Positions 57,434 to 64,000 of a stretch of DNA of 64,000 nt are shown here, piece after piece. This stretch comes from Gallionellaceae bacterium (GTDB lineage: Bacteria; Pseudomonadota; Gammaproteobacteria; Burkholderiales; Gallionellaceae): assembly GCA_032654645.1 (NCBI GenBank), contig JAULAW010000005.1, positions 741,541 to 805,540 of the forward strand. Direction: 5' to 3'. Positions within the stretch are counted from its first letter, which is position 1, and the number at the start of each line of letters is the position of its first letter. The notes beneath the pieces were generated by a model. That model did no database searches, was not told the DNA's origin, and saw only the letters and a list, made by a program, of their open reading frames with translations. Both the position numbers and the translations under genes were made by a program.

Positions 57434-59767
57434 TAGTTGGCGCGCGAGCAAGGTGCGGTTGACGGGATGGTCGTCCGCCGCCAGTACCGGCAAGCCGCCG
57501 GAGTCCAGTCCGGCCACAGCCTCCGCCGCAACAGGTTGTGCGAGCGCTGCCGCCTCACCCGCTGCCGCGACCTGGAAGGTGAGGGTGACGCTGAAAGAGC
57601 TGCCCTCGCCCAGATTGCTTTCCACGGCGATTTCGCCGCCCATCAACTCGACGAGTTTCTTGCAGATGGACAGTCCCAGGCCGGTGCCGCCGTAGCGCCG
57701 GGCCACGCCGCTGTCGGCTTGGGTGTAGCGTGCAAACAGCCATGTCTGCGCCTCGGGCGCAAGGCCGACGCCGGTATCGCGCACGGTGAGACGCACCGTG
57801 TCGCTGTCATCGGTCTGGGCGATGATTTCGGCGCGAATCTCCACGTAGCCCTCGGCGGTGAATTTGATGGCGTTGGACACGAAATTCTGCAAAACCTGTT
57901 TCACCCGCATGCCATCCAGCATCAGCACCGGGCGGGCGCGTGGGTCCAGGAAGGACGTGAGCGATATTCCCTTGGCGCTGGCCACGGAGAGGTGGGCGTT
58001 GCGCACCGACTCGACCACTTGGCGCAGGTTTTCAGGCTGTAGGCTAAGTTGCAGCCTGCCGGCCTCGATTTTGGAGATGTCGAGGACGTCGTCAATGATG
58101 CGAGCGAGCGACTTGCCCGACTCGCGCGCGATGACGAGTTCATGGCGCTGCTCGTCGGATAGCGTCGAGAAAGAGATCAACTCCAGCATGCCGAGCAGCC
58201 CGGTGAGAGGGGTGCGGATCTCGTGGCTCATGGTGGCGAGGAAGTCCTGTTTGGCCTGCATCTCCTGCCTTAGCATCTCGTTGGCGGCGGCCAGTTCGGC
58301 GGTGCGCTCGGAGACGCGGCGGGCAAGTTCCCCGCGCTCGCGCACCAGCTCCTGATTGGTGGATTCCAACGCCCGTGCCGCTTCCACGCGGTCGCTCACA
58401 TCGCGTATGTCGGCGATCACGACCGTGCCGCCTTCCGCCTCCAGCGGCGCAAGCCCCACCTCCACCGGGAATACTCTGCCGTCCCTGGCGTGACCGAAAA
58501 ACTCGCCATTGCGCACGCCCATCGGCCGGCGACTGGGGTGGGCGAAGAACTCCGCGCGCAGGATAGTATGCCCGGCTCGCTTGTCCTCCGGCAGCAGGAT
58601 TTCCAACGGCTGGCCGATGAGTTCGCCGCGCCCGTAGCCGAACATGTCCTCGACTGGCGCATTGGCGCGCACGATGTGGCCGGATTCGTCCACTATCAGC
58701 AGCCCGTCCGGCACGAAATCGAAGGTTTCCGCGAATTGGCTCTCCGCCCGCTGCCGCGTCGCCACCAGAAAGACAGTAAGGAGATAGAGCAACAACGTAA
58801 CGACGAAGCCGCCCACAACAAGGACGGGGGGCAGCCAGGTTTCAATGGCGGCGGCGGTGTATTCCGGCAAAGCGGTGACCACCAGCGCCCACTCGCGGTC
58901 GCCGATCTTGAGCGGCAGCATGCGTTGGTAGCGCGCCGACCCGTTGGCGCGGGTCAATTGCACCGTGCCATTATTTACGCCGCTGTCGAGCACACGCCGC
59001 GCCGCATCGCCCCGGGCGGCGGCTTCTGCGCTCTCGTAGATTTCGAGATTGATGCCCTCAAGGTTCCGCTGTTGCGCTGCTGCGCCGATCACCTCCGCCG
59101 GGCGGAACACCATACTTACCGTGCCGAAAAACTCCTGCCCGTGGAGTGGCGGGATGGCGGCGATCAGCGCGTAGTGCGCCGTCTCGCCCATGCCGGAGAG
59201 GCGTCCGGAGAGAACCATCTGGTGGGTTTTGCGGGTGCGGGCGATGGCGTCCTTGCGCTCGGACACGGTAAGGAGGTCCGACCCCAGGAAGCGACGGTTC
59301 TCGGCGAGCGGATGGACGTATTCGACCGTGAGATATTCGTCCCGCTCCCCCGCCGGACGAATGGCGAAGTCATCCGCCCCGCCCATTGCGGTCAAGTCGC
59401 GCCGCACCCTCGCTTCATAGCCCGGGCGCTCGGCGGCGCTGACATGGCGGGCAAACCAGAACTCCTGTGCGCCGGGATGGCGCTCGGCCAAGCCCAACAG
59501 ATCCACGTAAGCGCGGAACTCGGCGCGGCTGACATTCTGAGAGCTGACGAACAGCCCCTGCAGCCCGCGCAGAGCCTCCTGATAAGTGTCCAAGCGCTGC
59601 TGGATCGCGGCGGCGTTGCGCTCGGCTTTATAGGTGAATTCGTCGCCGACCTTGCGCTCCACCCAGCGGTCGGTGGTGAAACCGACGACAATCGTCACCA
59701 GCATGCTCATCGCAGCCACGGCGATCGGCCAAGTATGAAGCAAGCTGCGCGATTTCATCGTGACCAT
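57434..59767 (-). pseudogene. 5' part of the hybrid sensor histidine kinase (CHASE-PAS-HisKA-HATPase-start of REC), interrupted by IS630
   Basis: H-box MSHEIRTPLTGLLGM and ATPase G-boxes. The end ...LPVLAADDHPVNRTLLARQL begins a receiver domain, then reads into the IS (VVRSGKILTD*). Confidence 0.85.
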
Positions 59768-60226
59768 CCCTATTCATCCTTGCTGTCAATACCGGGCTGG
59801 CATTATCGCCTACATGCAATTTTATTCAAGTGCCGAAATAATTGCTCCGCGAGGCCTGCGCCAATCCTCAAGACGATGTCAGATCAAATCGACGATAACG
59901 TTTCACAACACCAGCGGGCTGACAGATGCTGTAAATTCTTAAGGCAATTTATAGTGATGCCATAAAGCAGATACTCATGAAGTGTGGCTAATAGATTTAC
60001 CATTTTTGGTTCTCATTACCTAGACAAAATCAGATTTCTGCCAATTATAAAATCCGACAGCCTTGTCAAATACGCCGCCTCTTAACACCCTTCACACCAA
60101 TATTAACGCCACTCCAGACAATAACGATTCGTATTGGTATGTAATATGCTTATAGGTTACACAAGGGGTCTACATCGTTGATATGTGCATTCCGTGATTG
60201 TTTGCCATTTCCAAGTTTTATGGCGT

Positions 60227-61854
60227 CTAGCAGCCTGTCTGGCTTCCCGTTAATCTCAACAACAACTCGGACTTGCCGAGCGGATTTGATCGTGATTTCA
60301 TAAATTGCATTTTCAGTTTCTCATCAAACTGTTTTTGGTCGCTTGATAACGGTCATTTTCATCGCAAATCGCCTCGTTGCCGCTCAAAACTACCCCGCCA
60401 ACACGAACATTCGCTTCAAATTCCACGCCATCGCGACCAGATTAAACTCGCCGCTGACGTTTTCCAATCCCCGCAACGAGAATTGCCGGAATCCCAGTAT
60501 CGCCTTGATGATGCCGAACACCGGTTCCACCGTGCATTTGCGTTTCGCATAGAGTGCCCGCCCCGCCATCGTCAGCAGCAAATGGCGCATCTTCTCGACC
60601 TCCGTGGCATCCGCCGATAGTGGCGGCGGCTCGGTGAATCGCGCCATCGGGTCGGGGTGGTGTTCCTCGCGCTTCACCGCGATCAACGGGGTGATTTTCT
60701 GTTCGCCGCAGGCATTGACGTTGGCCTCCGAGAAATAACCCGTGTCCGCGACCAGATTGCCGGGCTTGCCCAGCTCGACCGGCAATGCCTTGAGCTGTTC
60801 GAGTATCGGTTCGACTTGCTGCTTGTCGTTGCACGCCTGCACGGTGTTGCTCGTCACGATCAGCATGCTGTCCATGTCCACCGCAATCTGGCTGTTGTAG
60901 CACTGGTCGAACCCGCCGTCGGATACTTTCATGATGCGCGATTCTTCGTCGGTGAGGTTGATCTGGTCTTTGTCCTGCGCGCCTTCCACAGGGGGAGCAG
61001 GAGGTTTGCCCCGAGGTTTGTTTCCGCTTTCCTTTGCCTTCGCTTCGCGCTTGGCAAGCTTGGCCTGGTAGTCGGCTTGCTCTTGCTCGAACCGTTCTTT
61101 GGCGCGCTCTTCGATCTTGGCTTTAGCCCCGGCGATAGCCTTGAGGCGATCTTCGCGGCGGGCGATCTCGTCGGGCAGGTTCATGCCGTCCGGTATCTTC
61201 TCGTTGTCCGCCGCTTCGGCCAGCTCCATGAGCTTCTTTACTTCGCATTTCAGTTGTTCTTCCAGCTTATTGATGTGCCCGTAACTCATGGCGCTGTGTT
61301 TGGATGCGTTGGCTTTGATCTTGCTGCCGTCCAGCGCGATGTTGCCGAGGTTGAGCACGCCCAGGGTGCGGGCGATCAACAGGACTTGCACCATCAGCCC
61401 TTCGATCTCTTTCAGGAACCGTTTGCGGAAGGTGTTCAGCGTGTTGTGGTCGGGGTGCTCGTCTGCGGCCACAAAGCGGAAGGCGACCGAATCGTAGGTG
61501 GCGTTTTCCAGCTTGCGGCTGGAGAACACGCCCGTGGCGTAGCCGTAAACCAGAACGGACAGCAGCAATGCCGGGTGATACGGATCGCTCCCGCTGGTGC
61601 CGTAGGCGCGTTCCATGGGCTTCAGGTCCAGCTGATCGACAATCTCAACAACAAATCGCGACAAGTGATGCTCCGGTAGCCAGTCGCTCATCGAAGGCGG
61701 GAACAGGTAGTTCATGTCACGTTTGATCGGCTTGAAGCGGCTCATGGAATTATATTCAACTTATTGATTAACAAGCGTAATTATACCGCACCGCAACTGT
61801 AATTTGTTGGTTGTTTACGATATTTTTTATCGTGGAAGCCAGACAGGCTGCTAG
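60227..61854 (-). mobile_element. IS1182-family insertion sequence (about 1.63 kb)
   Basis: 21-bp inverted repeats CTAGCAGCCTGTCTGGCTTCC (60227-60247) and GGAAGCCAGACAGGCTGCTAG (61834-61854). No clear target duplication seen. Confidence 0.75.
60390..61745 (-). CDS. IS1182-family transposase
   Basis: MSRFKPIKRDMNYLFPPSMSDWLPEHHLSRFVVEIVDQLDL..., central coiled-coil KERFEQEQADYQAKLAKREAKAKE, LVADTGYFS, NLKRM. Confidence 0.85.
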   Translation of the reverse strand: MSRFKPIKRDMNYLFPPSMSDWLPEHHLSRFVVEIVDQLDLKPMERAYGTSGSDPYHPALLLSVLVYGYATGVFSSRKLENATYDSVAFRFVAADEHPDHNTLNTFRKRFLKEIEGLMVQVLLIARTLGVLNLGNIALDGSKIKANASKHSAMSYGHINKLEEQLKCEVKKLMELAEAADNEKIPDGMNLPDEIARREDRLKAIAGAKAKIEERAKERFEQEQADYQAKLAKREAKAKESGNKPRGKPPAPPVEGAQDKDQINLTDEESRIMKVSDGGFDQCYNSQIAVDMDSMLIVTSNTVQACNDKQQVEPILEQLKALPVELGKPGNLVADTGYFSEANVNACGEQKITPLIAVKREEHHPDPMARFTEPPPLSADATEVEKMRHLLLTMAGRALYAKRKCTVEPVFGIIKAILGFRQFSLRGLENVSGEFNLVAMAWNLKRMFVLAG

Positions 61855-61939
61855 CGAGGGCTTCTATTGAATCGAGAGTGTCCTCGCCTTACTGTGATGT
61901 GGATGATGCTGTCGCCAGCACCCTACACTTGCAACATAG

Positions 61940-61974
61940 CAACAACGCCCAGATTCAGGGGCGTTGTTGTTTCT
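61940..61974 (+). terminator. orphan rho-independent terminator-like hairpin
   Basis: caacaacgccc-loop-gggcgttgttg followed by tttct. No intact plus-strand gene lies upstream (IS1182 is adjacent). Confidence 0.4.
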
Positions 61975-62147
61975 GGTCCTATGCTGTGGAGCGGCTCAAT
62001 TATCCATTGATCGTCCTGCATTTCCCTGTTCAAGCACCACGGGGTGGTAATAAATCGCATCTGCGCAATCTACCAGCAAATCCCCCCGCAAACCATAGGC
62101 AAGACATAGCTAAAGACACATGCCGCCGTAGCGGTAGAATAGCGGCC

Positions 62148-64000
62148 ATGCTACGACTCACCGAAATCAAACTCCCGCTCGACCATTCTGAAGACGACAT
62201 CAATGCCGCGATTCTCAAGCGGCTGGGCATCGCTGCGGATGAGCTGATCGGCTACATGTTGTTTCGGCGCGGCTTCGATGCGCGCAAACCCTCGGCGATC
62301 CTGTTTATCTACACGCTGGATGTCGAGGTGAAGAATGAGCCGGTATTGTTCAAGTGCCTGAAAGACACGCCGCACATCGCAATTGCACCGGACACCCGTT
62401 ACCACTTCGTCACGCAAGCGCCTAACGGGCATGGCAAATATGCTACCCCTGATGATGAAACTCGCCATGCCCGTTTCCCTCTCCCCATCCCTCTCCCAGA
62501 GAGCGAGGGGGACAAGGTCTCGCTACGCGAGTCTCACGATAATAATTTGGCAGAGCGCCCGGTCGTCATCGGCACCGGGCCGTGCGGAATTTTTGCCGGT
62601 TTGATCCTGGCGCAAATGGGTTTCCGTCCCATCATTCTGGAACGCGGCAAAGCCGTGCGCGAACGCACCAAGGATACCTTCGGCCTGTGGCGGCAGGGCA
62701 AGCTCGACCCGGAATCCAATGTGCAGTTCGGCGAGGGCGGCGCGGGGACATTCTCTGACGGCAAGCTGCATAGCCAGATCAAGGACCCGAAACATTACGG
62801 GCGCAAAGTTCTGGCGGAATTCGTCAAGGCGGGTGCGCCGCCGGAAATCCTTTATGTGAGCAAGCCGCATATCGGCACATTCCGCCTGGTGGGCATGGTG
62901 GAGGAGATGCGCCACACCATCGAATCGCTGGGCGGAGAATTTCGCTTCCAGAGCCGAGTTACCGACATTGAAATTAGCGATGGCTCCGATAACAATAGCG
63001 AGCCTCTTAAAATTCCGGTTTCGTCATTCCCGCGCAGGCGGGAATCCAGCGATTTGGTTGAACTGGGTTCCCGCCTGCGCGAGAATGACGATTGTTTTGA
63101 TATGACTAATAGGCAAGTGCGCGGCGTGGTGTTGGCGAATGGCGAGCGCATCGCCAGCAATCATGTGGTGCTGGCCGTCGGCCACAGTGCGCGCGATACG
63201 TTCGAGATGTTGCACCGGCGCGGTGTGTATATGGAGGCAAAGCCTTTTTCCATCGGCTTGCGCATCGAGCACCCGCAGTCGCTGATAGACCGCGCGCGCT
63301 TCGGAAAAAACGCGGGCAACCCGTTGCTCGGTGCTGCCGATTACAAGCTGGTGCACCACTGCAAAAATGGCCGTTCGGTTTACAGTTTCTGCATGTGCCC
63401 CGGTGGCACGGTGGTGGCGGCGACCTCCGAGGAAGGCAGCGTGGTTACCAACGGCATGAGCCAGTATTCGCGCAACGAACGCAATGCCAACAGCGGGATT
63501 GTGGTGGGCATCACGCCGGAGGATTATCCGGGTGATGCACTAGCGGGCATCGCCTTTCAGCGGCGATGGGAAGCACGCGCGTTTGAGTTGGGTGGAAAGA
63601 ATTACTGCGCACCGGGGCAACTGGTCGGCGACTTTCTCGCAGGTCGCCCCTCTACGGCGTTTGGATCGGTGATACCGTCCTACACGCCCGGCGTGCATCT
63701 GTGCGACCTCTCCACTGCCCTGCCGGATTACGCCGTCGCCGCGATACGCGAAGCCCTCTCCGCCTTCGACAAACAGATTAAAGGCTTTGCAATGGATGAC
63801 GCCGTGCTCACCGGCGTGGAGACACGCACCTCCTCTCCGCTGCGCATCAAACGCGGCGAGAATTTCCAGAGTATCAACACCAACGGGCTTTATCTGGCAG
63901 GGGAGGGCGCGGGCTATGCGGGCGGGATACTTTCCGCCGCCGTGGATGGCATTCAGGCTGCCGAGGCGGTAGCGCTGGACATCATGCGAAGTGCGGGAGA
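62148..64000 (+). CDS. FAD-dependent oxidoreductase (COG2509-type), partial, runs off the window end
   Basis: Not in ORF track (no stop). MLRLTEIKLPLDHSEDDINAAILKRLGI..., dinucleotide fold VVIGTGPCGIFAGL, ...FCMCPGGTVVAATSEEG...GLYLAGEGAGYAGGILSAAVDG. Confidence 0.85.
   Translation, partial: MLRLTEIKLPLDHSEDDINAAILKRLGIAADELIGYMLFRRGFDARKPSAILFIYTLDVEVKNEPVLFKCLKDTPHIAIAPDTRYHFVTQAPNGHGKYATPDDETRHARFPLPIPLPESEGDKVSLRESHDNNLAERPVVIGTGPCGIFAGLILAQMGFRPIILERGKAVRERTKDTFGLWRQGKLDPESNVQFGEGGAGTFSDGKLHSQIKDPKHYGRKVLAEFVKAGAPPEILYVSKPHIGTFRLVGMVEEMRHTIESLGGEFRFQSRVTDIEISDGSDNNSEPLKIPVSSFPRRRESSDLVELGSRLRENDDCFDMTNRQVRGVVLANGERIASNHVVLAVGHSARDTFEMLHRRGVYMEAKPFSIGLRIEHPQSLIDRARFGKNAGNPLLGAADYKLVHHCKNGRSVYSFCMCPGGTVVAATSEEGSVVTNGMSQYSRNERNANSGIVVGITPEDYPGDALAGIAFQRRWEARAFELGGKNYCAPGQLVGDFLAGRPSTAFGSVIPSYTPGVHLCDLSTALPDYAVAAIREALSAFDKQIKGFAMDDAVLTGVETRTSSPLRIKRGENFQSINTNGLYLAGEGAGYAGGILSAAVDGIQAAEAVALDIMRSAG
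62470..62518. repeat. family-1 REP-like element in frame inside the oxidoreductase CDS
   Basis: cccgtttccctctccccatccctctcccagagagcgagggggacaagg, translated as ARFPLPIPLPESEGDKV. It lies just upstream of the GxGxxG fold. Confidence 0.55.
63022..63090. mobile_element. short family-3 MITE copy (69 bp = 23 codons) in frame inside the oxidoreductase CDS
   Basis: cgtcattcccgcgcaggcgggaatcc...ggttcccgcctgcgcgagaatgacg, translated as SSFPRRRESSDLVELGSRLREND. Confidence 0.7.

Noticed and set aside
61855-62147. Possible small gene split by IS1182 (atggcgt|cgagggc... reading on toward the oxidoreductase)
   Set aside because: I could not verify the frame or find any family similarity. There is no target duplication to define the pre-insertion sequence. 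It is left as intergenic with an orphan terminator-like hairpin.

Overview
No tools were run. All calls come from reading the sequence and the ORF track, and every family assignment is motif recognition that still needs HMM or BLAST confirmation.

This is a 64-kb chromosomal segment, moderately GC-rich. Gene content and order look betaproteobacterial, but I cannot name the organism from sequence alone.

**Conserved backbone**
- glnE (partial), yhdP-like, C-N hydrolase, tldD.
- The classic cluster rpsB-tsf-pyrH-frr-uppS-cdsA-dxr-rseP-bamA-skp-lpxD-fabZ-lpxA-lpxB-rnhB.
- msrA and smpB.
- A glycogen/sugar block: malQ, GH57, glgC, glgB and pgi.
- Carbonic anhydrase, radA, nnrS.
- A partial COG2509-type FAD oxidoreductase at the window end.

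**Accessory material**
- An islet between tldD and rpsB (about 7025-13500). It holds a two-gene cassette flanked by duplicated tldD 3' ends, a DUF4160/DUF2442 cassette flanked by a ~560-bp duplication, a large Mrr-nuclease/SF2-helicase/HA-repeat gene, a decayed vapBC pair and an IS remnant.
- A HEPN/MNT pair wedged between cdsA and dxr.
- A patchwork at 32.5-36.0 kb: a T5orf172/GIY-YIG-like orphan, a hydrolase fragment, a mazEF-like pair, DUF4160 and YhcG pseudogenes, and a parDE-like pair.
- A c-di-GMP/phosphorelay cluster at 51.5-59.8 kb. Its hybrid sensor kinase is split by an IS630-family element. It also contains a His-to-Tyr Hpt-like protein and a G14 tract.
- An IS1182-family element and an IS1595-type MITE with 8-bp target duplication.
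- At least four short repeat families. Copies of two of them sit in frame inside coding sequences.

I saw no rRNA, tRNA or CRISPR array.

**Most interesting candidates**
- The nuclease-helicase gene and its duplicated 5' end.
- The cassette insertions flanked by target duplications.
- A structured repeat with compensatory stem changes (37.6 kb and 47.2 kb).
- In-frame repeat insertions in CDSs.
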